Positions 50,403-62,972 are shown, counted from the first letter of the whole stretch. The stretch is 63,891 nucleotides of DNA, filler included, from Vicugna vicugna (GCA_013265495.1; 78 parts of 76 records of this genome joined end to end with filler, not necessarily neighbours in it); one strand, 5' to 3'. The notes: generated from the letters alone by a model not told the origin. A program made the numbers and translations.

Positions 50403-51179
50403 TTTTCACTGTAAAACCGAGTTTGAGATTTTACCTGCCCCATATATATGTATGGGGTGGAGTTTGCAACTAAAAGAAACTTTGTGTACCCTTCAAGCTA
50501 GGTGAAGGACGGCTTTCACACACACTTATCTCTCAGAACTGAGCATGTGGAGAGACGTTCGTTCATCCAGCACAAATGGAAAGGGTTGCAGGAGAAACCC
50601 TTACTCTTNNNNNNNNNNNNNNNNNNNNNNNNNNNNNNNNNNNNNNNNNNNNNNNNNNNNNNNNNNNNNNNNNNNNNNNNNNNNNNNNNNNNNNNNNNNN
50701 NNNNNNNNNNNNNNNNNNNNNNNNNNNNNNNNNNNNNNNNNNNNNNNNNNNNNNNNNNNNNNNNNNNNNNNNNNNNNNNNNNNNNNNNNNNNNNNNNNNN
50801 NNNNNNNNNNNNNNNNNNNNNNNNNNNNNNNNNNNNNNNNNNNNNNNNNNNNNNNNNNNNNNNNNNNNNNNNNNNNNNNNNNNNNNNNNNNNNNNNNNNN
50901 NNNNNNNNNNNNNNNNNNNNNNNNNNNNNNNNNNNNNNNNNNNNNNNNNNNNNNNNNNNNNNNNNNNNNNNNNNNNNNNNNNNNNNNNNNNNNNNNNNNN
51001 NNNNNNNNNNNNNNNNNNNNNNNNNNNNNNNNNNNNNNNNNNNNNNNNNNNNNNNNNNNNNNNNNNNNNNNNNNNNNNNNNNNNNNNNNNNNNNNNNNNN
51101 NNNNNNNNNNNNNNNNNNNNNNCCGTTTTCACTTTAAAACCGAGTTTGACCTTGTACCTCCCTATATATATGTATGGAG
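50403..51179 (+). repeat. SatD satellite, gapped
   Basis: Matches the monomer. Confidence 0.95.
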
Positions 51180-52229
51180 NNNNNNNNNNNNNNNNNNNNN
51201 NNNNNNNNNNNNNNNNNNNNNNNTTAATTAATTAANNNNNNNNNNNNNNNNNNNNNNNNNNNNNNNNNNNNNNNNNNNNTTTGGGGTCATAAACTAAGAG
51301 GCTGGGCTACTGCTCTGCTGAGACTTTCCACCGCCACTGCCACCATTGAACCCTATGACTGCTCTCCACAAAAGAGGCACATCAGTGTCACCCAGGGCTC
51401 TGTGACTTTTCTTCTGTCTGCCAGATTCTGTCAACCTGCTGGGCCTTGAGAGAATGCAGTACACCACCCCTGCCTTATTTCTTAAAATGTAGAAAGCTCT
51501 TGGTTTCCTCTACATAAAACCTCTTTTTTAATGCCTTGATTGATTTAGAAAATGCCAAANNNNNNNNNNNNNNNNNNNNNNNNNNNNNNNNNNNNNNNNN
51601 NNNNNNNNNNNNNNNNNNNNNNNNNNNNNNNNNNNNNNNNNNNNNNNNNNNNNNNNNNNNNNNNNNNNNNNNNNNNNNNNNNNNNNNNNNNNNNATTCTG
51701 GATGAAGGTAAAGACCCCAGGAGAAAGACTTTTCCCTTCCGCCTTCCCCATTCTTCTTTCAGACCTGGAATGTGGACAGCAGATTCAAAAGAGGCTGCCA
51801 TGTGACCTTGCAAAGCCAAGCAGAGACTGACAGNNNNNNNNNNNNNNNNNNNNNNNNNNNNNNNNNNNNNNNNNNNNTTAATTAATTAANNNNNNNNNNN
51901 NNNNNNNNNNNNNNNNNNNNNNNNNNNNNNNNNAAAAGTAATTGGAGACACAGTTCCTCAAAAGAACTTTGGGATTCTCTTATGAGAATAATTGGGAGAA
52001 GATTCTAGATATGCAAATACAACACATATTCATTTTAAGATATTAGAGTAGAAATATCAGTTACAGAGTGTTGGAAAATTCTCCCTCTACCCTCGTTTCA
52101 CATTTGCCATGGTGTATAATATAAACCTTATCTCTTTAGTCAAAACAGTACTCTTTGAACCCCGATGCTTCCTCTTGTTTCTTATGTGCTCTCACTAGGG
52201 GTTTTTGTTTATACTTTTATCACAGATGG

Positions 52230-52339
52230 GTTTTTTGTGTTTTTGTTTTTTACTGAAGTAGTCAGTTACAAAGTGTCAGTTTCTGGTGTACAGCACAAGG
52301 TCCCAGTCATGCATATACATACATATATTCGTTTTCATA
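52230..52339 (-). mobile_element. Short young L1 3' terminus (camelid-type)
   Basis: A poly-T stretch followed by TGAAGTAGTCAGTTACAAAGTGTCAGTTTCTGGTGTACAGCAC..GTCCCAGTCATGCATATACATACATATATTCGTTTTCATA. Confidence 0.75.
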
Positions 52340-52856
52340 GTCTACAGATGGGTTCTACTACCTCTCTGCTTTCTCTTTTCTTTTTTCCTAAGCAAATATT
52401 GAAGCATCCTTCAGTATACTCCTTTCAAATGCCTAATTAACAGTTGTCATTAATAGCACCAAACTATTACAGGATCAGTTATCTTCCATCATTCCAGGAA
52501 CATATACAAATTATCATTGTGCATAGCTTATGTATATACAGAGGATTTACTATTTATAGACCTGTTTACATCAATTATTACTTATTAGTAAATAGTTAAG
52601 TATAGTATATCAGAAGAACAACATAAAAATGCATCAAATAATTTTATATTTCTAATTAGAATTTAATCTAGATCTTATTTTAATGTTTCTAATCCCCATC
52701 ATAAAACTTTCACTTTCATAAATAATGGAATAAAACAATATAAATCTATAAAATAANNNNNNNNNNNNNNNNNNNNNNNNNNNNNNNNNNNNNNNNNNNN
52801 TTAATTAATTAANNNNNNNNNNNNNNNNNNNNNNNNNNNNNNNNNNNNNNNNNNNN

Positions 52857-53709
52857 TTCTCTGTGCCAGGGAATTCTAGGGGTGTTTGCAAGATATCCCA
52901 GAGACAGAGGCTTCCTCCCCTTGGTCAGGGAAGTTATTTCTCGGACTTCCCCAAACGAGGAACACCTGTGACTTAAGAGAGATGCGTGGAGTTTTATCTC
53001 GAGCTCCCCCACGCACTGACAATGGTTCTGGAATCCTGAGCGTGGGGAGGTTCCAACAACCGTCGGCAGCACGTGCTTCCTAACGGAAAGCCTAAGCTGG
53101 TCTCCCCTGACTATTTTCCTAATATCTCTGTGCCAGGGAATGCTAGGGGTGATTGCAGGATATCCCAGTGTCAGAGGCTGCCTCACCAAGGTCAGGGAAG
53201 TTATTTCTCGGACTTCTCCGAACAGGGAACACATGTGACTGAAGAGAGCTCCGTGGAGTTGTCTCTCGANNNNNNNNNNNNNNNNNNNNNNNNNNNNNNN
53301 NNNNNNNNNNNNNNNNNNNNNNNNNNNNNNNNNNNNNNNNNNNNNNNNNNNNNNNNNNNNNNNNNNNNNNNNNNNNNNNNNNNNNNNNNNNNNNNNNNNN
53401 NNNNNNNNNNNATGCTGCCCCCCCAAGGTCAGGGAAGTTATTTCTCGGACTTCCCCGTACAGGGAACACCTGTGACTGAAGAGAGCTCTGTGGAGTTGTC
53501 TCTCGAGCTCCCCCATGCACTGACAATGATTCCGGTATCCTGAGCGTGTAGAGGTTCCACCAACGGTCGGCAGCGCGTGGGTTCTAAAGGAATACCTATG
53601 CTCGTCTCCCCTGAGTGTTTTCCAAATGTCTCCTTGCCAGGGAATGCTAGAGGCGTTTGCATTTTATCCCAGTGTCATAGGCTGCCTCCCCAAAGTCAGG
53701 GAAGGTATT
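52857..53709 (-). repeat. SatA satellite
   Basis: Matches the monomer. Confidence 0.95.
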
Positions 53710-53809
53710 NNNNNNNNNNNNNNNNNNNNNNNNNNNNNNNNNNNNNNNNNNNNTTAATTAATTAANNNNNNNNNNNNNNNNNNNNNNNNNNNNNNNNNNN
53801 NNNNNNNNN

Positions 53810-54274
53810 TAATCCACATGCTCTCAACTCAGGAATGCATTTTTGTCAAATCCAAAATATATGTAGCATGTACGGAACATGGAATATAATGTAGATGGCA
53901 TCTATTGAAATTACATATCTCTAGGGAAGAATTCGCTCCAAGAGGGTTTTTGTGGGATCAAAGTGTGATTCTTGAAAATGGTGATAGGAAGAAGCTACGA
54001 AGAAAAAATAAATATTTCATAGTGCATATGTAACTTGTTTGGTGGTTGAAACATCAGTCATGTGCATGTTCACAACTCAGAAATTCAAGTTTGAGGAATC
54101 CGTGATGCATGAAACATGTTCGTAACGGAATGCCATGGTTATGTAAACAATGTAAATTACATGTTTATTTGTGAGAATTCGCTCAAGGAGTGTTTTCTGG
54201 TGCCAGATGTCCGATTTTAGAATCTGGTAATAGAAAAATCAATGAAGTCAGAGTAAATAATTCTAAGTGTATAT
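53810..54274 (-). repeat. SatB satellite
   Basis: Shared SatB motifs. Confidence 0.9.
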
Positions 54275-54374
54275 NNNNNNNNNNNNNNNNNNNNNNNNNN
54301 NNNNNNNNNNNNNNNNNNTTAATTAATTAANNNNNNNNNNNNNNNNNNNNNNNNNNNNNNNNNNNNNNNNNNNN

Positions 54375-54839
54375 ACTCCCTTAAGATAGTGCTTCCAATC
54401 CCTTATGATTTCCTGCTTCGTTCTCCCATCTATAGGATTTTGATGTCCTCCTTGTGTTCTTCTTGTTTCTTCTTTTCCACTCATGCTCTTCTTGCATTTC
54501 CAATAAGGGTTTTCTTCTTTCCATTTCATCTTGCTGCTTATCCCTTCAGGGGAGGGAGAATTCTCAACCTTTCTTTTAGGATAAGTTTCGAACTGCTGAA
54601 TTCTTTTAAGATTTGCAGGTCTGTGGCATTCTCTAGCTCTGCTGTTATTAGAAATGGTGGTCATGTGGCATAGGCTTCCCTAGATGGCAGCATTTTGCCA
54701 TTCAAGCTATGGTCTATGTCCTGGCACTCCTCCCTTTCCTGTAATATTGCTGCTGTGAGAGCAGCTGAAACCCTTCTGGAGGTTCTCTTGTGAATATGTT
54801 GCTTTCTTCCAGGCGCATTTTAAATCACTGGGATGCTCA
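54375..54839 (-). mobile_element. Heavily substituted L1 ORF1 C-terminal domain and inter-ORF relic
   Basis: Minus-strand HKRTSRRVSAALTAAILQEREECQDIDHSLNGKMLPSREAYAT*PPFLITAELENATDLQILKEFSSSKLILKERLRIL is colinear with the L1 ORF1p end YKGTPIRLSADFS..TLQARR.WQDIFKVL..K..QPRILYPARLSFRIEGEIKNF.DK.KL.EFSNTKP.LKE.LK.L. Confidence 0.7.
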
Positions 54840-54939
54840 NNNNNNNNNNNNNNNNNNNNNNNNNNNNNNNNNNNNNNNNNNNNTTAATTAATTAANNNNN
54901 NNNNNNNNNNNNNNNNNNNNNNNNNNNNNNNNNNNNNNN

Positions 54940-55718
54940 GGTTCTATCGGATTGCTTATGCTCGTCTCCCCTGAGGGTTTTCCTAATATCCCTTTGCCAG
55001 GGTATTCTAGGGGTGTTTGCAGTAAATCCCAGTGACAGAAGCTGCCTCCCCAAGTTCAGGGTAGTGATTTCTCGGACTTCCCCGAACAGGGAACACCTGT
55101 GACTGAAGAGAGCTGAGTGGAGTTGTCTAAAGTGATCCCCCACTCACTGAAAACGGCTGCGGTATCCTGAGCGTGGGGATGTTCCACCAACGTTCGGCAG
55201 CGCGTGGGTTCTAATGGAATGCGGAAGCTCGTCTCCCCTGAGGGTTTTCCTAATGTCCCTGTGTCAGGGAATGCTAGGGGGGTTTTCCGGAAATCCCAGT
55301 GACAGAGGCTGCTTCCCCAAGGTCAGGGAAGTTATTTCTCGGACTTCCGCAAACAGGGAACACCTGTGACTGAAGAGAGATGCGTGGAGTTGTCTCTCGA
55401 GCTCCCCCACGCACTGACAATTGTACCGGAATCCTGAGTCTGGGTAGGTTCCACCAACGGTCGGCAGCGCGTGGGTTCTAACAGAATGCCTAAACTCGTC
55501 TCCCCTGAGGCTTTTCCTAATATCCCTGTGCCAGGGAATGCTAGGGGTTTTTGCAGGAAAGTGACAGAGGCTGCCTCCCCAAGGCCAGGGAAGTTATTTC
55601 TCGGAATTCCCATAACAGGGAACACCTGTGATTGAAGAGAAATGCGTGGAGTTGCCTCTCGAGGTCCCCCACTCACTGACCATGGCTGCGGAATCCTGAG
55701 CGTGGGGAGGTTCCAACA
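54940..55718 (-). repeat. SatA satellite, about 3 monomers
   Basis: Matches the monomer. Confidence 0.95.
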
Positions 55719-55818
55719 NNNNNNNNNNNNNNNNNNNNNNNNNNNNNNNNNNNNNNNNNNNNTTAATTAATTAANNNNNNNNNNNNNNNNNNNNNNNNNN
55801 NNNNNNNNNNNNNNNNNN

Positions 55819-56616
55819 CGTTTTCACTGTAAAACCGAGTTGGAGCTTTTAACTCCCCATATAAATGTATGAAGTGGAGTTTGCAACTGAAAAATAACTT
55901 TGTGTTCCCTTCAATCTAGGTGAAGGACGGATTTCACACACACTTATCTCTCAGAACTGAGCATGTGGAGAGACGTTCGTTCATCCAGCACAAAGGGAAC
56001 GGTTTGCAGGTGAAACCCTTACTCTGGTTTCTCAGTCTGTTTCCTAGTGCCGGNNNNNNNNNNNNNNNNNNNNNNNNNNNNNNNNNNNNNNNNNNNNNNN
56101 NNNNNNNNNNNNNNNNNNNNNNNNNNNNNNNNNNNNNNNNNNNNNNNNNNNNNNNNNNNNNNNNNNNNNNNNNNNNNNNNNNNNNNNNNNNNNNNNNNNN
56201 NNNNNNNNNNNNNNNNNNNNNNNNNNNNNNNNNNNNNNNNNNNNNNNNNNNNNNNNNNNNNNNNNNNNNNNNNNNNNNNNNNNNNNNNNNNNNNNNNNNN
56301 NNNNNNNNNNNNNNNNNNNNNNNNNNNNNNNNNNNNNNNNNNNNNNNNNNNNNNNNNNNNNNNNNNNNNNNNNNNNNNNNNNNNNNNNNNNNNNNNNNNN
56401 NNNNNNNNNNNNNNNNNNNNNNNNNNNNNNNNNNNNNNNNNNNNNNNNNNNNNNNNNNNNNNNNNNNNNNNNNNNNNNNNNNNNNNNNNNNNNNNNNNNN
56501 NNNNNNNNNNNNNNNNNNNNNNNNNNNNNNNNNNNNNNNNNNNNNNNNNNNNNNNNNNNNNNNNNNCTTGGACCTCCCCATATATATGTACGGAGTGTAG
56601 TTTGCAACTGAAAAGA
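55819..56616 (+). repeat. SatD satellite, gapped
   Basis: Matches the monomer. Confidence 0.95.
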
Positions 56617-56716
56617 NNNNNNNNNNNNNNNNNNNNNNNNNNNNNNNNNNNNNNNNNNNNTTAATTAATTAANNNNNNNNNNNNNNNNNNNNNNNNNNNN
56701 NNNNNNNNNNNNNNNN

Positions 56717-57044
56717 GTTCCGGAATCCTGAGCGTGGGGAGGTCCCACCAACGGGCGGCAGAGCGTGGATTCTAACGGAAAGCTTAAGCTCGTCTCACCT
56801 GAGTGTTATCCTAATGTCTCTGTGCCAGGGAATGCTAGGGGATTTTGCAGGATATCCCAGTGACTGAGGCTGCCTCCCCAATGTCAGGGAAGATATTTCT
56901 CGGATTTCCCCGAACTGGGAACACCTGTGACTGAAGAGAGCTGCGTGGAGGTGTCTCTCTAGCTCCCCCACGCACTGACAATGTTTCCGGAATCCTGAGC
57001 GTTTGGAAGTTCCACCAACGGTCGGCAGCGCGTGGGTTCTAACG
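56717..57044 (-). repeat. SatA satellite
   Basis: Matches the monomer. Confidence 0.95.
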
Positions 57045-57144
57045 NNNNNNNNNNNNNNNNNNNNNNNNNNNNNNNNNNNNNNNNNNNNTTAATTAATTAA
57101 NNNNNNNNNNNNNNNNNNNNNNNNNNNNNNNNNNNNNNNNNNNN

Positions 57145-57368
57145 TCGGCCAGCTTCTCTTCGTGTCTCCCATAAAGTCGACTTCACCAGTGCTGGGCAAG
57201 TCTGAAAGTACCTCGGAGCCTAATCAGTAAGCTGATGACAGGCAGATCTTCCACTGTCTGCCCTTTCAGGTTCTGGAAACTGACCTGTGAACTCAGGTCT
57301 TTGGGCAGCAGCAGTATCTCGAACTTACACAACTTCCCGGACCAAACACCTAAGCCAAGCTCCACAGA
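57145..57368 (-). repeat. Unidentified multi-copy sequence (copy 2)
   Basis: Reverse complement of ~39689-39885. Confidence 0.8.
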
Positions 57369-58182
57369 NNNNNNNNNNNNNNNNNNNNNNNNNNNNNNNN
57401 NNNNNNNNNNNNNNNNNNNNNNNNNNNNNNNNNNNNNNNNNNNNNNNNNNNNNNNNNNNNNNNNNNNNNNNNNNNNNNNNNNNNNNNNNNNNNNNNNNNN
57501 NNNNNNNNNNNNNNNNNNNNNNNNNNNNNNNNNNNNNNNNNNNNNNNNNNNNNNNNNNNNNNNNNNNNNNNNNNNNNNNNNNNNNNNNNNNNNNNNNNNN
57601 NNNNNNNNNNNNNNNNNNNNNNNNNNNNNNNNNNNNNNNNNNNNNNNNNNNNNNNNNNNNNNNNNNNNNNNNNNNNNNNNNNNNNNNNNNNNNNNNNNNN
57701 NNNNNNNNNNNNNNNNNNNNNNNNNNNNAAAGGAGACTTATGTTCCTATAATATGCATACACCCGGAAAACATATGCGTCGCCTGATTTCTGCTGAAGCA
57801 CCCGCAATCTCAGGACATGGATCCATTTGTTTCATGGGGGCTGAAATTCCAAGAAATGAAACCAACCCCAATGTGCACTTAACTGTGTGTCTCTTTTGCC
57901 CTTAGTACACTTTGGGAGAGCCTCTTGCCTTTGTTATAGGCTTCTGTCATTTCTTCCCTACGTAGCGTATAATATGGCATTCCTTCATCCTGATAGAAGA
58001 CATACAATTTTACATCACGGGGTAGGAATTCATATGATTCCAAATCGGCTTTTGGGTTAGGTCACGATATGCTCTTATGNNNNNNNNNNNNNNNNNNNNN
58101 NNNNNNNNNNNNNNNNNNNNNNNTTAATTAATTAANNNNNNNNNNNNNNNNNNNNNNNNNNNNNNNNNNNNNNNNNNNNCAC

Positions 58183-58343
58183 CTGGGAGAAGATGTTAGC
58201 CGCGTCGGCGGCGGCCGTGGTCAGAGGGGTGAAGAAGGTGGCCTTGCCCACCGTCCGGATGATGTGGATCATCCGCAGCTGCGGGTCCTCCAGGTGGGTG
58301 GCCTGGCGGTAGGTGTTGATGAACACAAAGACGTCATCCATGC
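58183..58343 (-). CDS. DISP3: DISP3/PTCHD2-like exon (sterol-sensing domain, GxxxDD region), 161 nt
   Basis: CCCGTAG|GC then MDDVFVFINTYRQATHLEDPQLRMIHIIRTVGKATFFTPLTTAAADAANIFSQ|GTG. Confidence 0.88.
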
Positions 58344-58768
58344 CTACGGGAGGGGGTCCCGGGCCAGCCGGGTGGCTCAGGATCACTCTGTTGTCCCCAG
58401 GGTCAGACCCAACCTGGGCTGAGAATCCAAGCCCCACCCTCCATGCTCCTTGGCCCTATGCCCTCCCCAGAACTGGGCCCCTTCCTCCAAATCTTAGCCT
58501 CCTCCCCACCTTTCGCACTGTTCTTAACCTCCAACCAGCATGCCTACCTGCCCTTTCCACCTCCCGGAGGCTTCACCCACAATATGAAGAGGATCGCCCA
58601 CCACTCATACTCTGCCAACCCCTCACCCCAACCCCAAGTCTCCAAGGTCTGAGAGGGGACTTTCTGGAGTCCCCATGGAAGCCAGTCTTTGCACCCTGGA
58701 AGAAAATTCTTTTGGGAACAGAGTTCCCCAGTGGGAGGCCCATTGCCATGGCGATGGAGGGAACTCAC

Positions 58769-58903
58769 CAATGCCCACTATCACGAAGGTGGCCAGCCCA
58801 CTGAGGATGCCCAAGTACTGGATGCCGAAGACCACGTGGTACAGGAAGAGTGCCACCAGGCAGCTGAGGCCGATGCTGGCGATCCCAAAGAAGGACAGGA
58901 ACA
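58769..58903 (-). CDS. DISP3: DISP3/PTCHD2-like exon, 135 nt
   Basis: GCCCTGCCCAG|TG then FLSFFGIASIGLSCLVALFLYHVVFGIQYLGILSGLATFVIVGI-G|GTGAGT. Phase 1 joins the next exon in frame. Confidence 0.88.
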
Positions 58904-59331
58904 CTGGGCAGGGCAAGGGGCACAGGGGATAAAGCGGGGAGACCCAGCAGAACACACTCCTTCAGTGTCCCTGACCCCTGCTGGGTCCTGCCTCACACAC
59001 CCCAANNNNNNNNNNNNNNNNNNNNNNNNNNNNNNNNNNNNNNNNNNNNNNNNNNNNNNNNNNNNNNNNNNNNNNNNNNNNNNNNNNNNNNNNNNNNNNN
59101 NNNNNNNNNNNGGCATTTCTGGTCAGGTTGTTCATGGGCCCTCATCTTTGCCGAACTTACCCCAAGTGCCAGTAGGGAATTATACTTTTAACATCTGTCA
59201 TCCCAGCAGACTAGAGGTTCCATGGAGGTAGNNNNNNNNNNNNNNNNNNNNNNNNNNNNNNNNNNNNNNNNNNNNTTAATTAATTAANNNNNNNNNNNNN
59301 NNNNNNNNNNNNNNNNNNNNNNNNNNNNNNN

Positions 59332-59829
59332 TGATTCTTGAAACTGGTGATAGGCAGAAACTACGAAGTCAAAATATATATTTCATAGTGCATAGGTAAA
59401 TTTTTTGGTGTTTAAAACATCCGTCATACGCATGTTCACAACTCAGAAATGCATGTTTGAGGAATCCGTGATGCATGAAACATGCACGTAATACGAAATT
59501 CCATGGTTATGTAAACAATGTAAATTACATGTGTATTGGTGAGAATTCGCTCAAAGAGTGTTTTCTGGTGCCAGATGAACAATTTTAGAACCTGGTGATA
59601 GAAAACTCTAAGAAGTCAGAGTAAATATTTCTAAGTGTATATACGCATTGTTTGGTGTATGAAAGGTCAGTAATCCACATGCTCACAAGTCAGAAATGCA
59701 TGATTGCAGCATCCGTCATGCATGTAGCATGTACGGAACCCGGAATGCCATGTTGTTGGAATACATGTTAATTGAAAGAATACATATTAGGTTGAAATCG
59801 CTCCAGAAATATTTTTCTGTGAAAAATGC
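59332..59829 (-). repeat. SatB satellite
   Basis: Shared SatB motifs. Confidence 0.9.
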
Positions 59830-59929
59830 NNNNNNNNNNNNNNNNNNNNNNNNNNNNNNNNNNNNNNNNNNNNTTAATTAATTAANNNNNNNNNNNNNNN
59901 NNNNNNNNNNNNNNNNNNNNNNNNNNNNN

Positions 59930-60689
59930 TATCTCTCAGAACTGAGCATGTGTAGAGACGTTCATTCATCCAGCTCAAAGGGAACGGGTTGCGGGGGAAT
60001 CCTTTACTCCGGTTTCTCAGTCTGTTTCCTAGTGCCGGTTTCAAGTGTCTGCCGTTTTCATTGTAAAACCGAGTTGGAGCTTGTACCTCCCCATATATAT
60101 GTATGGAGTGGTGTTTGCAACTGAAAAGAAACTTTTTGTTCCCTTCAAGCTAGCTGAAGGGCGGCTTTCACACACACTAATCTCTAACAACTGAGCATGT
60201 GGAGAGACTTTCGTTCATCCAGCACAAAGGGAACGGGTTGCAGGAGAAACCCTTACTCTGGTTTCTCAGTCTGTTTCCTAGTGCCGGTTTGAAGTGCCTG
60301 CCGTTTTCACTGTAAAACCGAGTTGGAGCTTGTTCCTCCCCATANNNNNNNNNNNNNNNNNNNNNNNNNNNNNNNNNNNNNNNNNNNNNNNNNNNNNNNN
60401 NNNNNNNNNNNNNNNNNNNNNNNNNNNNNNNNNNNNNNNNNNNNNNNNNNNTTCGTTCATCCAGCACAAAGGGAACGGGTTGCAGGAGAAACCCTTACTC
60501 TGGTTTCTCAGTCTGTTTCCTAGTGCCGGTTTGAAGTGCCTGCCGTTTTCACTGTAAAACCGAGTTGGAGCTTGCACCTCCCCATATATATGTATGTGTT
60601 GGAATTTGCAACTGTAAAGAAACATTGTGTTCCCTTCAAGCTTCCTGAAGGGCGGCTTTCACACACACTTATCTCTCACAACTGAGCAT
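59930..60689 (+). repeat. SatD satellite, about 3 monomers
   Basis: Period of ~248-249. Confidence 0.95.
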
Positions 60690-60789
60690 NNNNNNNNNNN
60701 NNNNNNNNNNNNNNNNNNNNNNNNNNNNNNNNNTTAATTAATTAANNNNNNNNNNNNNNNNNNNNNNNNNNNNNNNNNNNNNNNNNNNN

Positions 60790-61309
60790 CCCTGAGGGTT
60801 TTCCTAATATCTCTCTGCCAGGGAATGCTAGGGACATTTGCAGTATATCCCAGTGTCAGAGACTGCCACACCAAGGTCAGGGAATGTATTTCTCGGACTT
60901 CCCAAAACAGGGAACACCTGTGACTGAAGAGAGCTGCGTGGAATTGTCTCTCGAGCTAAATGTTTCCGGAATCCTGAGCGTGGGGAGGTTCCACCAAAGG
61001 TCGGCAGCGCCTGGATTCTAACCGAATGCCTAAGCTCGCCTCCCCTGAGGTTTTTCCTAATATCTCTGTGCAGGGAATGCTAGGGGGGTTTGCAGGATAT
61101 CCCAGTGACAGAGGGTGCCTCCCCAATGTCAGGGAAGGTATTTCTCGGACTTCCCCGAACAGGGAACACCTGTGACTGAAGAGAGCTCCGTGGAGTTGTC
61201 TCTCGAGCTCCCACAGGCTCTGACAATGTTTCCGGAATCCTGAGCGTGGGGAAGATCCACGAAAGGTCGGCAGCGCGTGGGTTATAATGGAATGCCTAAG
61301 CTCGTCTCC
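60790..61309 (-). repeat. SatA satellite (one 253-bp variant monomer)
   Basis: CTGAG anchors at 60792 and 61045. Confidence 0.95.
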
Positions 61310-62972
61310 NNNNNNNNNNNNNNNNNNNNNNNNNNNNNNNNNNNNNNNNNNNNTTAATTAATTAANNNNNNNNNNNNNNNNNNNNNNNNNNNNNNNNNNN
61401 NNNNNNNNNCCAGAGCCAGAGCCAGAGCAGAGGGACGCACTGTAAGTATCAGTCCGGCTCTGCTGCCTCCCGTCGCCTTCAGGGCCGGGACGCCCACTGT
61501 TCCTGAGGTGTCTGTGATTTACAATTCCGGATTATTCTTAGAGGTGATAACATATTCCTTGCGGCCTGTTGTGTCAAACGTGCCCTACATGTCTCTGTTT
61601 GGATAGACTCACTTCTCTGCACCAGACACACAGGGCGGGGATGTGGACAAGTGGCCCCAGCACGTTCCCACCCTCTCCCTGCAGGTCCTGTGAGGCAGCG
61701 GCCTCCTCCCTCTTGTCTGCTGTGGGCCCAGGGCCCAGCTCAGGGCCTCCATCAACACTCCCTGAGACCCCACCCTTGGTAAGTGGCCGCTCATGGCATG
61801 ATCAAGACAAGGACTTAGAAGGCAACCCCAAATTTTGACCTTAGAGGATTTGTTTTTTCCCAGCAGTGAGACTGATTTTGTGTTTGTGTGAATGTTGCCT
61901 GTTTGTCCGACATCCATGGAGCCAGCGGCTCACATGCCATTCCCCGTACGGCCACCAGAGGGAGGGATGTCACTGCTTCTGAGAAACACTGTTCCATTCC
62001 AAAGTGGTCCTTCCCAGAACATGTTTCAGAAAGTGAGGATTTCTTTAAGCTATAGAGGTTTGTTTTCTTTCTTCAATCTCGTTTCAGCCCTAATCTCAAT
62101 ACACTTTAATTCACAAACAGAAATTGAGCCACTGAGTGGAAGTCGTCACTTGGGATACACAGACGTGTGTTCTTCTGTGTCCAGCCCCCATCTGGCATCA
62201 GCCCCCTCTGTCCCTTCCTCTCTCCCTCCAACCGTCTGCGTTTGTAAATNNNNNNNNNNNNNNNNNNNNNNNNNNNNNNNNNNNNNNNNNNNNTTAATTA
62301 ATTAANNNNNNNNNNNNNNNNNNNNNNNNNNNNNNNNNNNNNNNNNNNNGCCACCAGATTTTCTTCTGATCAGGGAGAGGTAGATTATATTTCTTCCAGT
62401 ATAGTAATTGTTACCTGCTCATTGAATCCCGAGATGATGTTAGGGCCATGCCTCTGAACCCTTGAATGGGACTGAGGCATACACATTCTCCAGTCCCCAG
62501 AGCCCAGCACAGGACTCTATCACCTTTTTAATTTAAGCTTATGTCTAAGTTTTTCACTTTTAATTCTCATTGTTGACACACCATATTACACGTTGACTAA
62601 TTTGTAGAGTTTGAACCACTGAATTATTCCCATTCACCTAGAAATTGTAATATCCTTTCTTTCCTTGGGCTACCAGGATTAGAGTGAGCATAGTCATCAT
62701 TTTGAAAGCAGTCCTCAGTCCTAAAAATGCAGAAACTTTACAGTTCTTTGCCCAGCACTTGAGCGAGGATGTTTGTTGTGGGTCTGAGGGATTATCCTCA
62801 CATCCCATAATGCAACCATGAGAAACTTAATAATGCAGAAGCTTTACACTACTTTGCCCAGCACTTGAGCAANNNNNNNNNNNNNNNNNNNNNNNNNNNN
62901 NNNNNNNNNNNNNNNNTTAATTAATTAANNNNNNNNNNNNNNNNNNNNNNNNNNNNNNNNNNNNNNNNNNNN

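Noticed and set aside
58313..59231. Plus-strand ORFs over the DISP3 region
   Set aside because: They are antisense shadows of the minus-strand exons and a GC-rich intron.
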